A stretch of DNA of 32,000 nt, taken from contig JAFCEL010000001.1 in NCBI GenBank assembly GCA_017609205.1, positions 300,001 through 332,000 of the forward strand, written 5' to 3'. The notes under the pieces were generated by a model. That model ran no database searches. It worked only from the letters and a program-made list of their open reading frames with translations, and had not been told where the DNA came from. Positions 14,574 to 23,601 of the stretch are shown in pieces. This DNA comes from Candidatus Saccharimonadota bacterium. GTDB taxonomy: Archaea; Nanobdellota; Nanobdellia; Pacearchaeales; GW2011-AR1. Made by a program: the position numbers and the translations under genes. Each line of letters starts with the position of its first letter. The first letter of the stretch is position 1.

Positions 14574-14633
14574 GTTTAACTGAGATATAAAATATTTATA
14601 AATATTTCTGTAAAAATAAGATTATATAAAAAC

Positions 14634-14662
14634 ACACTCACCCTTTGATTTCACATGGAAAA
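14634..14662 (-). promoter_or_regulatory. ORB-like origin recognition box (inverted orientation)
   Basis: Reverse complement is ttttCCATGTGAAATCAAAGGGTGAGTG. Confidence 0.55.
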
Positions 14663-14735
14663 TTTTAAAAAAGAGTTTTTGCAGTTTTTGTTTTTTGTTT
14701 TTTGTTTAAAAAAATTTATATTATATAATATATAT

Positions 14736-14790
14736 TTTGTATGAAAAAATTTGTATGAAAAAATTTGTATGAAAAAATTTGTATGAAAAA
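14736..14790 (+). repeat. 14-nt x4 tandem repeat tttgtatgaaaaaa in the AT-rich (DUE-like) part of the origin
   Basis: Units at 14736, 14750, 14764 and 14778 (the last is 13 nt). Confidence 0.9.
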
Positions 14791-14917
14791 TTATATTATC
14801 TATCAAAGATTAATATTAAATAAAAATAATCAACTATAATTTTGTATAATATTTGATGTATGAAATTTTAATCTTTTATAACACTTTTTGTTAATAAGTC
14901 AATCCATAGATTCCATC

Positions 14918-14939
14918 TTTTCCAAAGGAAATTGAGGTG
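14918..14939 (+). promoter_or_regulatory. ORB-like box
   Basis: cttTTCCAAAGGAAATTGAGGTG. Confidence 0.45.
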
Positions 14940-15016
14940 TATCAATTTGTCAGTGACTATAAGGGTTTATATAATAAATACGTTTTTTATCGTCATGATT
15001 TTTTAGCACTCTTGGA

Positions 15017-15046
15017 TTTTCCATTGGAAACAAAAGTGTCTGGGTG
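15017..15046 (+). promoter_or_regulatory. ORB (origin recognition box), close match to the euryarchaeal consensus
   Basis: tTTTCCATTGGAAACAAAAGTGTCTGGGTG. For comparison, the Pyrococcus-type ORB is TTCCAGTGGAAATGAAACTCTGGGGT. Confidence 0.7.
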
Positions 15047-15079
15047 TTAAAAAATTATAATTAAATTTTAAGGTTTATT

Positions 15080-16291
15080 ATGGTGCCTGAATTAGATAGT
15101 ATTTTTGAATCTTTTGAAAAGAACAATATATTTAGAAATAAAACTGCTTTACAAGTAAATTTTCAACCAGATTCTATACTCTTTAGAGATGAACAAATAA
15201 AACAAATAGCTCTTGTACTTGCCCCAGCACTAAGAGGAGAAAAACCGAGTAATTTATTTCTCTATGGGAAAACAGGCACAGGTAAGACCCTTTCAATATA
15301 TTCAATTAAAGAAGAGCTTCTTAAGAGGTTTAAAAAAGATTCTGATTTTAATTTAAGAATAGAATATCTTAATTGTAAATTAAAAAAAGTTTCTGATACA
15401 GAATATAGGATTTTAGCGGAGTTGATTAAAAAATTAGGAGGGGATGTTCCTTCTACAGGATTACCTACACAAGCAGTTTATGGTAGGTTTATTGATCTTA
15501 TCGATGAAGAAAGACAATTAATTATACTTCTTTTTGATGAAATAGACCAAGCAGTTAAGAAAATTTCAAATGATTTCTTGTATAATCTTACTCGTCTGAA
15601 TTCAGAGTTATCAAAGACGCAACTATGTATTGTTGGTATTAGTAATGATTTAACTTTTTTAGATGATATTGATCCACGTGTCAGGAGTTCTCTTTCAGAA
15701 GAAGAAATTATCTTTCCCCCTTATAATGCTCTTCAACTCCAGGAGATTCTGAAAAAAAGAGCAGAAATCGCTTTTAAAGAAGGTGTTGTGTCTGAAGGTG
15801 TGATTGCTAAATGTGCTGCTTTTGCTGCAAGAGAGCATGGGGATGCAAGAAGAGCTTTAGATTTACTGAGGGTTGCTGGAGAACTTGCTGAAAGAGATAA
15901 ATCAAAGAAATTACTTTTGAAACATATTGATGAAGCAAATAAGAATATTGAAAGGGATAAAATTCTTGATATTGTAAGATCAGAACCAAAACAATTTCAA
16001 CTTGTTTTATATTCTATTATTAAATTAATTGAAGAAAGAAAAGGGGAACCTATTTTCACAGGGGATGTTTACAATTTTTATCAAAAATTATGTAATGATT
16101 TTAAAGTAGAAGTCCTTACTCAGAGAAGAGTGGGTGATATTATTCAAGAATTTGACATGCTTGGAATTATAAATGTGAGGGTAGTATCTAAAGGAAGAGG
16201 GGGAAGAATGAGAGAAATAAGACTGGCAATTTCAGCAAATATTCTCGAAAAAGTAAAAAAAATTCTAGAAGATTCAGTTAATTTCAGATGA
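15080..16291 (+). CDS. cdc6: Orc1/Cdc6 replication initiator
   Basis: Walker A LYGKTGTGKT, Walker B LLFDEID, sensor region GDARRALDLLR, C-terminal winged helix. Confidence 0.93.
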   Translation: MVPELDSIFESFEKNNIFRNKTALQVNFQPDSILFRDEQIKQIALVLAPALRGEKPSNLFLYGKTGTGKTLSIYSIKEELLKRFKKDSDFNLRIEYLNCKLKKVSDTEYRILAELIKKLGGDVPSTGLPTQAVYGRFIDLIDEERQLIILLFDEIDQAVKKISNDFLYNLTRLNSELSKTQLCIVGISNDLTFLDDIDPRVRSSLSEEEIIFPPYNALQLQEILKKRAEIAFKEGVVSEGVIAKCAAFAAREHGDARRALDLLRVAGELAERDKSKKLLLKHIDEANKNIERDKILDIVRSEPKQFQLVLYSIIKLIEERKGEPIFTGDVYNFYQKLCNDFKVEVLTQRRVGDIIQEFDMLGIINVRVVSKGRGGRMREIRLAISANILEKVKKILEDSVNFR

Positions 16292-17838
16292 AACAAGAAA
16301 TTTTGGATTTCTGTATTAAGAAAGGTTTTCTTTTAGATAATGAAGTATTGAATTTATTAAGTGAAAATGATGTGGAATCAGTAAAATTAATATTAGAAGA
16401 GATAATGAGTTTCACTCAAAAAAGAGTTATAACTAAAAATATCTTTTATGAAAATAAGGATAGGATGGGCCCTCTTTTTTCTAGTATTTTAAATGAAAAG
16501 CAAAATGAAATAAAAAACCTTGAAATTAAAAAAAAGGTAACAGCAGAAATAAATATTCAGAGAACTTATGCAGATTCGATAAAAGATGAAGAACCTTCAG
16601 TTAAAATAGAATCTTTTAATAATTTTAATTATAACAAATTAGAAGTAAAAAATTTTGTTACTTATTTTAGGAATCGTTTTAATGATATAAAAAATATTCT
16701 TCAAGAGAGGCCTGAATTAGAAAATCTTATCTCTATAGATAAATTAAATAAGAACCGCTCGAATGTTTCTTTAATTGGAATTGTTTCTAAGAAGAGGGCC
16801 ACAAAGAATAAAAATATACTCTTAGAATTAGAAGATCTTACTGGAAAAATTAATGTTCTTATAAACAAAGATAAAAAAGAGCTTTATGAAAAAGCAGATG
16901 AAGTTGCTTTGGATTCTATAATTGGTATTAAGGGTGTTGGGAGTAAGGAGATTTTTTTCGCGAATGATTTGTTCTTTCCTGAAGCAATACTTCCTGAAAG
17001 GAAGAAATCTCCTATTGAGGAATATGCTCTCTTTATAGGAGATGTTCACTTTGGTAGTAAACGATTTTTAGAAAAGAGTTTTTTGAGGTTTATTGATTAT
17101 CTGAATGGTAAGTTTCCGAATACCCCTGAAGTTGAAAAAATAAAATATCTCTTTATTGTGGGTGATGTTGTTACAGGTGTTGGAAATTATCCGAACCAGG
17201 AATTTGATTTGAGTATTTCTGATTTGGAAGAGCAATTCAATTTATTTGCAGAACTTTTAAGTAAAATCAGGAGCGATATAAAAATAATCATCTCTCCAGG
17301 CAATCACGATGGTGTTAGAATTATGGAACCTCAACCCATTCTCGACGAGAAATTTGCTTGGGCATTACATAATATGAAAAATGTTATTCTTACAAGTAAT
17401 CCTTCTTATGTAAATATAGGAGCAAGTAAAAATTTTAGTGGATTTGATATCCTAACTTATCATGGATTTTCATTTCCTTATTATGCGAATAATATTCCAA
17501 GTCTGATGTTGAAAAAAGCAATGAATTCTCCAGAAGAAATAGCAAAATATCTTTTAAAAAACAGGCATCTTGCTCCGACACATGAGTCTTCTCAATATTT
17601 CCCTTTGGAGAAAGATTTTCTTATTATAAGCAAAATTCCAGACATTTTTGTTACTGCTCATACTCATAAAAGTGCTGTTACATATTACAATAATATTTTA
17701 GTGATATCCACTTCTTGTTGGGAAGCAATGACTCCTTATCAGGAAAAATTCGGAAATATTCCAGACCATTGCAAGGTTCCCATGGTTAATCTTAAAACCC
17801 GTGCTGTGAAAATTTTGGATTTTGAAGACAAGGAATGA
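16288..17838 (+). CDS. polB: DNA polymerase II (PolD) small subunit DP1
   Basis: OB-fold region, then calcineurin-like phosphoesterase motifs FIGDVHFGS, IVGDVVTGVG, SPGNHDG, TAHTHK. ATGA overlap with orc1. Confidence 0.9.
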   Translation: MKQEILDFCIKKGFLLDNEVLNLLSENDVESVKLILEEIMSFTQKRVITKNIFYENKDRMGPLFSSILNEKQNEIKNLEIKKKVTAEINIQRTYADSIKDEEPSVKIESFNNFNYNKLEVKNFVTYFRNRFNDIKNILQERPELENLISIDKLNKNRSNVSLIGIVSKKRATKNKNILLELEDLTGKINVLINKDKKELYEKADEVALDSIIGIKGVGSKEIFFANDLFFPEAILPERKKSPIEEYALFIGDVHFGSKRFLEKSFLRFIDYLNGKFPNTPEVEKIKYLFIVGDVVTGVGNYPNQEFDLSISDLEEQFNLFAELLSKIRSDIKIIISPGNHDGVRIMEPQPILDEKFAWALHNMKNVILTSNPSYVNIGASKNFSGFDILTYHGFSFPYYANNIPSLMLKKAMNSPEEIAKYLLKNRHLAPTHESSQYFPLEKDFLIISKIPDIFVTAHTHKSAVTYYNNILVISTSCWEAMTPYQEKFGNIPDHCKVPMVNLKTRAVKILDFEDKE

Positions 17839-17890
17839 TTATTGTCTTTTATTCCCTAAATTGATAAAAAGGATTAAATGTTTTTAAAAA

Positions 17891-18859
17891 ATGGATCTTG
17901 TAGATAGAGTTTATGGAAGGGAAAGAATTGATGAACCTTGTTTGATTGATTTGATTAATTCAGATTCTATTCAACGATTAAAGGGTGTTTCTCAATTTGG
18001 ATTTCCAGAAGAATATTATCATAAAAAATGTTTTTCAAGATATGAGCATTCAGTAGGTGTTTTAGTTTTATTGAGGAAGTTGGGTTCTTGTATTGAAGAA
18101 CAAATTGCAGGATTGCTTCATGATGTTTCTCATACTGCTTTTTCTCATGTAGTTGACTGGGTTTTAGGAGATCCTGAAAAAGAAGATTATCAAGATAAAA
18201 ACCATCTGTTTTTTATGTCTAATTCAGATGTACCTGAAATATTACACAAATATGGCTTTGATTATCGAGAAATTTCTAATATCGAGAATTTTTCTTTGTT
18301 AGAGAGGGAATCACCTCATCTATGTGTTGATAGGGTGGATTATTCTGTTAGGGAGATTTCTCAGGAGGATCTTTTATTAGCAAGAGAGATTGTTTCAGAT
18401 CTGACCTGTATTGATAATCAGTTGGTTTTTAAGACCAAGGGGATTGCCTTGTCCTTTGCAAGGAAATATTTAACTCTACAAAGAGAACACTGGGCTGGGC
18501 AACAGGCGAGAGCTAGATATCATATTCTCTCAAATATCTTGAAAGATGCCTTACATAAGGAAATAATCTCTTTTGAAGATTTGAATAGAACAGATAATTA
18601 TGTGATTAAATTATTAAGAGAGAGTGGAGAAGATTCAATTCTAGAGAGATTGGATCTTTTAAAGAAAGGTTTTAATATCATTGAGTCTGGTGAAGGTCTT
18701 TTTTTACCAAAGAAATTTAGGTTTGTGGATCCTGAGGTTCTTTTAGGTCAGGAAGTCGTACCTTTGACAGAAATTTCATTGGAATATAAATCTCTTTTAG
18801 AGGAAGAAAGAAGAAATTCTTCTTTTTTTAAGAAAATAAAAATTATTGGATTAGAATAA
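17891..18859 (+). CDS. HD-domain phosphohydrolase (COG1078 / SAMHD1-like dNTPase family)
   Basis: IQRLKGVSQFG, RYEHSVGV, LLHDVSHTAFSHVVDW, LCVDRVDYSVRE give the H...HD...D metal-binding pattern of this family. Confidence 0.7.
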   Translation: MDLVDRVYGRERIDEPCLIDLINSDSIQRLKGVSQFGFPEEYYHKKCFSRYEHSVGVLVLLRKLGSCIEEQIAGLLHDVSHTAFSHVVDWVLGDPEKEDYQDKNHLFFMSNSDVPEILHKYGFDYREISNIENFSLLERESPHLCVDRVDYSVREISQEDLLLAREIVSDLTCIDNQLVFKTKGIALSFARKYLTLQREHWAGQQARARYHILSNILKDALHKEIISFEDLNRTDNYVIKLLRESGEDSILERLDLLKKGFNIIESGEGLFLPKKFRFVDPEVLLGQEVVPLTEISLEYKSLLEEERRNSSFFKKIKIIGLE

Positions 18860-18860
18860 G

Positions 18861-21800
18861 ATGCTAACAGAGAAAGTACAAAAATATTTTGAAAGGTTTG
18901 ATGAAAAAGTAAGAGAAGTTTATGCTATGGCTGAAAAGGCAAAGGCAACAGGATTAGATCCTGTTGATAAAGTGGAGGTTCCTCTTGCAAAAACAATGGC
19001 TCAGAAGTGCGTTGAGTTGATTGCGACAATTTATCCTCAATTAAGTAATTGTGGTGTTGATGAAAGAATTTTGGAACTAGAGAGGGAGTATGGAAAATTA
19101 GATTCGACTGTTGTATTTAAGATTGCAGAAGAAGTTGCAAAACAAAAGTTCTGCAATTTTGATAGTGTTCTTCAGGCAATTGATGCAGGCATTCGTGTTG
19201 GGTTTGCCTATCAAACTATAGGCGTTGTTGCTTCACCTATTGAAGGTTATACTGGATTAAAAATTGGGAAAACAAGAGAGGGTAAAGAATATCTTATTGC
19301 TTATTTTTCAGGACCGATAAGAAGCGCTGGAACAACTGCAAGTTGTGTTGTGTTGATGCTAATTGATTATTTGAGGGAATTGTTTGGTTATGCAAAGTAT
19401 GATCCTAGTGAAGAAGAGGTTAAAAGGTATATTACTGAAAACATAGATTATCATGAGAGAGTTACTAATCTGCAATATTTCCCTCTTGAAGAGGAAATGG
19501 CTTTTTTAGCAAGACACCTCCCTTTTCAAATTGCAGGGGATCCAACAGAGAAGTTAGAGGTTTCTAATTATAAGAATTTGGACAGAGTTGATACAAATTA
19601 TATTCGAGGGGGGATGTGTTTAATCTTTTCAGAAGGTCTGGCTCAGAAAGCTGCAAAGGGTTTTAGATTATATAATAATGCAAAGAAAAATGGGATTAAG
19701 ATGACTGGTTTTGATTGGATTGAGGAATATCTTGAATTACATGAGAGATTGATTTTAGGAAAGGGGAAGGAAAAGGGTGATGGTGTTCCTGTTTATATTA
19801 AGGATTTAGTTGCTGGAAGGCCTGTCTTTGGGCATCCTTCTAAGTCTGGTGCTTTTAGATTTAGATATGGGAGGGGAAGAACTTCTGGTTTTTCTGCTGT
19901 TTCCTTGCATCCGGCAACAATGGCTATTATGGATGGTTTTATTGCTATTGGGACTCAATTAAAAATTGAAAAACCAACAAAAGGTTGCGCTGTTACAAGC
20001 TGTGATTCTATTGAGGGTCCTATTGTTAAATTAGTAAATGGGGATGTAAGGCAAATCAAAACCAGGGAAGAAGCCAAGAAAATTTATGATGATATAGAAG
20101 AAATTATTTATTCGGGGGATATTCTTTTTCCGTTTAGTGATGTTCTTAACAGAAATGCTCCCTTAATTAGACCTGGTTATGTTGAAGAATGGTGGGTTTT
20201 GGATTTGAAAAAAGAATCAATGGAAGAGTGGGAGAATTATAAGCTCCAAAGAGATTATATGAATGTTAGTTTTGAAGAAGCTATAAGGTTGAGCAGCACA
20301 TACAAAATTCCCTTATATCCTAAATGTACTCCTTACTGGACGCAGATATCTAAAAAACAATTTTTAGAATTACTTACTTGGCTTAAGTTTTCTGTAATAA
20401 GAGATGGAAAAATAATTTTTCCTTACAATAAATCCGAGCAAGAGAAATTCAAAGAAGCAAAGAGAGCCTTGGAATTGTTGGGTATTGAGCATATTGTTGC
20501 CACTGAAAATGTTGTATTAAATAGTCTGAATAGCAAGATTTTTTTTATTAATTTAGGGTTTGATATGGGCTTGCTAGAGAAAGAAGAATTGTTTTTAAAG
20601 GATTTTATAGATGTTGATAAATTTGATTTAGATAAGACTGTTTTGGAAATTGTTAATGAATTTTCTAATTTTATTATTAAAGATAAGGGAGGGGAATTTA
20701 TCGGTTCTAGAATGGGAAGGCCTGAAAAAGCAAAATTAAGAAAATTAGCAGGTAGTCCAAATGTTTTATTTCCTGTTGGAAGTGAGGGTGGAAGGTTAAG
20801 AAGTTTTCAAACTGCTTGTGAAGTTGGAAAGGTAAGAAGTGATTTTCCTTTATTTTATTGTAAAAAATGTATGAAAGAAACTATTTATCCTGTTTGTGAA
20901 GTTTGTGGTGGAAAGAATAGTAAAATGTTTTATATTAGAGATACTGGAGAGAAATCCTTTGAAAAAAAAGAGGGTGCTGTAAGTTATTGTCGTCGGGATT
21001 TGGATATTAATTATTATTTTAATAAGGCTATTGAAAATCTTGGATTAAGCAAGAGTGATATTCCTTTATTAGTTAAGGGTGTAAGAGGAACTTCTTCTGA
21101 GGAGCATATAATGGAACATTTAGGTAAAGGGATTTTGAGGGCGAAATATGGTTTGCAAGTGAATAAAGACGGGACAATAAGGATTGATGCAACAGAGCTT
21201 CCTCTTGTTTGTTTTAAACCTAAGGAGATTTCTGTAAGTATTGAAAAATTGAGGGAATTAGGTTATGAAGAGGATATCTATGGAAATAAGCTTGAAAATG
21301 AAGAACAATTCTTGGAATTGATGCCTCATGATATTTTACTTCCCTGTTGTCCTGATAGTCTTGATGAAAAATCTGATAATGTTTTTTTAAGTGTCGGAAT
21401 GTTTGTTGATGAATTGCTTGAGAGGTTTTACAAATTAGAAAGTTTTCATAATTTTAAATCAAGGGACGATCTTGTTGGGCAGCTTGGTGTTTGTATGGCA
21501 CCCCATAATTGCGCAGGTGTTATTTGCAGATTTATTGGTTTTTCAAAGACACAAGGACTTTTAGCAAGCCCTTATATGCATGCCGCAATCAGGAGGGATT
21601 GTGATGGTGATGAAGCAGCAATTATGTTGTTGTCTGATGTTTTGTTAAATTTCTCAAAAAAGTTTCTACCATCACATAGGGGGGGAACTCAGGATGCTCC
21701 TCTTGTTTTAAATTCCCGTATTGATGCAGGAGAGGTTGATGACCAGATTTTGGATTTTGAATCTTCTAGGGGTTATCCACTTGAGCTTTATGAAAAAGCA

Positions 21801-22352
21801 GAGAAGAAGATGCACTCTTCTGAAGTTAAAGAGATTAAAACTATTAGTAAGATTCTAAAAAAAGGTGAAGACCCTTTTGTAGGCTTAGGGTTTACTCATG
21901 ACACGAGTGATATTAATGGAGGTGTTTTATGTTCTTCTTATAAACTACTTGCTACAATGCAGGAAAAAGTAGACCATCAAATGAATCTTGTTGAGAAACT
22001 AAGATGTGTTGATGAAGCAGATACTGCCCGGTTAATTATTGAAAGACATTTTATTCGGGATATGAGGGGTAATCTTAGAAAATTTTCTATGCAAGGTTTT
22101 AGGTGTGTTAATTGCAATGAGATTATGAGAAGACCTCCTTTGACAGGAGTCTGTCCGAAGTGTAGAGGAAAAATCATCTTTACGATTCATGAAGGAGGAA
22201 TAAAAAAATATCTTGAAATTGCAATTGAACTCGCGAAAAAATATAATCTTTCTGTTTATCTTCAACAAAATCTTGAGTTAGTTAAGAGATATATTGAGAG
22301 TATTTTTGGAAAAGAGCTTGAAAAACAAGAAGCTTTGGAAAGATGGTTCTAA
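18861..22352 (+). CDS. polC: DNA polymerase II (PolD) large catalytic subunit DP2
   Basis: 1,163 aa. DP2-type N-terminus (YFERFDEKVREVYAMAEKAKATGLDP), GSRMGRPEKAK, Zn clusters CKKC...CEVCGG and CVNC...CPKCRG. Starts 1 nt after the HD gene stop. Confidence 0.92.
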   Translation: MLTEKVQKYFERFDEKVREVYAMAEKAKATGLDPVDKVEVPLAKTMAQKCVELIATIYPQLSNCGVDERILELEREYGKLDSTVVFKIAEEVAKQKFCNFDSVLQAIDAGIRVGFAYQTIGVVASPIEGYTGLKIGKTREGKEYLIAYFSGPIRSAGTTASCVVLMLIDYLRELFGYAKYDPSEEEVKRYITENIDYHERVTNLQYFPLEEEMAFLARHLPFQIAGDPTEKLEVSNYKNLDRVDTNYIRGGMCLIFSEGLAQKAAKGFRLYNNAKKNGIKMTGFDWIEEYLELHERLILGKGKEKGDGVPVYIKDLVAGRPVFGHPSKSGAFRFRYGRGRTSGFSAVSLHPATMAIMDGFIAIGTQLKIEKPTKGCAVTSCDSIEGPIVKLVNGDVRQIKTREEAKKIYDDIEEIIYSGDILFPFSDVLNRNAPLIRPGYVEEWWVLDLKKESMEEWENYKLQRDYMNVSFEEAIRLSSTYKIPLYPKCTPYWTQISKKQFLELLTWLKFSVIRDGKIIFPYNKSEQEKFKEAKRALELLGIEHIVATENVVLNSLNSKIFFINLGFDMGLLEKEELFLKDFIDVDKFDLDKTVLEIVNEFSNFIIKDKGGEFIGSRMGRPEKAKLRKLAGSPNVLFPVGSEGGRLRSFQTACEVGKVRSDFPLFYCKKCMKETIYPVCEVCGGKNSKMFYIRDTGEKSFEKKEGAVSYCRRDLDINYYFNKAIENLGLSKSDIPLLVKGVRGTSSEEHIMEHLGKGILRAKYGLQVNKDGTIRIDATELPLVCFKPKEISVSIEKLRELGYEEDIYGNKLENEEQFLELMPHDILLPCCPDSLDEKSDNVFLSVGMFVDELLERFYKLESFHNFKSRDDLVGQLGVCMAPHNCAGVICRFIGFSKTQGLLASPYMHAAIRRDCDGDEAAIMLLSDVLLNFSKKFLPSHRGGTQDAPLVLNSRIDAGEVDDQILDFESSRGYPLELYEKAEKKMHSSEVKEIKTISKILKKGEDPFVGLGFTHDTSDINGGVLCSSYKLLATMQEKVDHQMNLVEKLRCVDEADTARLIIERHFIRDMRGNLRKFSMQGFRCVNCNEIMRRPPLTGVCPKCRGKIIFTIHEGGIKKYLEIAIELAKKYNLSVYLQQNLELVKRYIESIFGKELEKQEALERWF

Positions 22353-22358
22353 TATTCC

Positions 22359-23567
22359 TCAATTTATTAAATACCAAATTATTGTGGGCAAGAGTAGGCA
22401 ACCCATCATTTGGGTTCTTCTGACTTTTAGAGAGATACAATAAATTCCTGTTAGTGTGGAGATAATTAAAACAAAAAATCCAAGAATCTTTGAAATTAAA
22501 AGGACAATCATCGAAAGAATTGAGATTGTCAGAACTGAAATTACAATATAATTTACTTTTGTTATCTTTTTTATTGTTGTTTTTGCTATTAGGTGTGTTA
22601 TAAAAAATGAGATTAAACCTGCAATAGCTATTGTTGTTAAGATAAGGAGAAGATTTTCATAGGTTAATTTATCTATGAGTTCTTTTATTACTACTGCAGC
22701 TCCAGTTCGTGTTCTTGAGATAGCATAAAGTGAAAGAAATGAAAAGCCCATAACAAGGGTGTTTGTTGCACCAAGGAGAAGAAGAAAGTCTTTTTGGTTA
22801 TTTTTGGATTTTCTGTTTATGATATTGTTACCGATTATTGCTGCTTGTCCACTTCCAAGTCCTGGGAGAAAACTACAAATAGGTGCGGCAAGGAAAGCAC
22901 CAAAAATAGGTGCAAAGATTTTTGTTTTTACTTTTGTGATCTTCTGTTCTGGAATGACTGTTTTATTTTTTATACTAAGGATTAGATTCGAACTTCCAAA
23001 CAATCCTGTTAACAAAGGAAGAAGGGGTTGGTTTAAGTTTTCAAGGTTTAAGGTAATTATGCCTAAAGTCCCTGAGAGAAGAAAAACAAAAAAGGCTGAA
23101 AGTCTTTTTCTTTCAAGAGAAATTAAAAATAATGAAATAAACATTAGAAAATAAGGTGTTATTTTTTTTATGGAATAATATATCTTAGAGATCATTATGA
23201 TTGAAGGAATTGATATTATAATGATAATTAAAATTGCAATGAGGCTTCCATAACAAGTCAGCATAACTGCTTGGTATCCTTCGCCTTTTTTTAGAAGCTC
23301 ATGTCCTGGTAAAATCGAGAGTTCAGTGTCTGTATCAGGACAACCTAAAAATACTGAAGGGATAAAATCAACAAAGGTATGTGTTATAGCCATAGCAACG
23401 ATAAAAATTACAAGGTTTATTGGTTGCACTGATGTTAATAAGTAAGCGGAGATTGAAAGGAGAAAAGTTCCTACAAGGTTTATATGGATTCCTGGAATTA
23501 GTCCTGTAAAGGTTCCTGCTAAAATTCCTAGTAATACAAAAATTGATAATTCTATCAACATTCTCAT
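22359..23567 (-). CDS. Polytopic membrane protein, TctA/DUF112-like
   Basis: About 10-12 hydrophobic helices. N-terminal GLIPGIHINL and internal LPGLGSGQAAI resemble DUF112 repeats. Confidence 0.55.
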   Translation of the reverse strand: MRMLIELSIFVLLGILAGTFTGLIPGIHINLVGTFLLSISAYLLTSVQPINLVIFIVAMAITHTFVDFIPSVFLGCPDTDTELSILPGHELLKKGEGYQAVMLTCYGSLIAILIIIIISIPSIIMISKIYYSIKKITPYFLMFISLFLISLERKRLSAFFVFLLSGTLGIITLNLENLNQPLLPLLTGLFGSSNLILSIKNKTVIPEQKITKVKTKIFAPIFGAFLAAPICSFLPGLGSGQAAIIGNNIINRKSKNNQKDFLLLLGATNTLVMGFSFLSLYAISRTRTGAAVVIKELIDKLTYENLLLILTTIAIAGLISFFITHLIAKTTIKKITKVNYIVISVLTISILSMIVLLISKILGFFVLIISTLTGIYCISLKVRRTQMMGCLLLPTIIWYLIN

Positions 23568-23578
23568 ATAAATTTATA
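23567..23578. promoter_or_regulatory. Palindromic TATA element tataaatttata in the divergent tctA-like/tyrS spacer
   Basis: Perfect 12-bp palindrome 24-35 nt upstream of ATG 23602, consistent with a leaderless tyrS transcript. Confidence 0.35.
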
Positions 23579-23601
23579 AAATATATATGCATTGTTGTGG
23601 T

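Larger units (their letters stand above)
14634..15046. other. Predicted chromosomal replication origin (oriC) upstream of orc1/cdc6
   Basis: One ORB-like box on the minus strand and two on the plus strand bracket an AT-rich region with tandem repeats. Immediately upstream of the orc1-polD operon, as in the Pyrococcus oriC arrangement. Confidence 0.7.

Noticed and set aside
14736-14790. Tandem repeats considered as a possible CRISPR array
   Set aside because: The units are contiguous 14-mers with no spacers and lie in an AT-rich origin region. No cas genes are in the window.
18861-22352. Possible intein in the PolD large subunit
   Set aside because: 1,163 aa is within the normal intein-free DP2 range, and no intein block motifs or length anomaly were seen.
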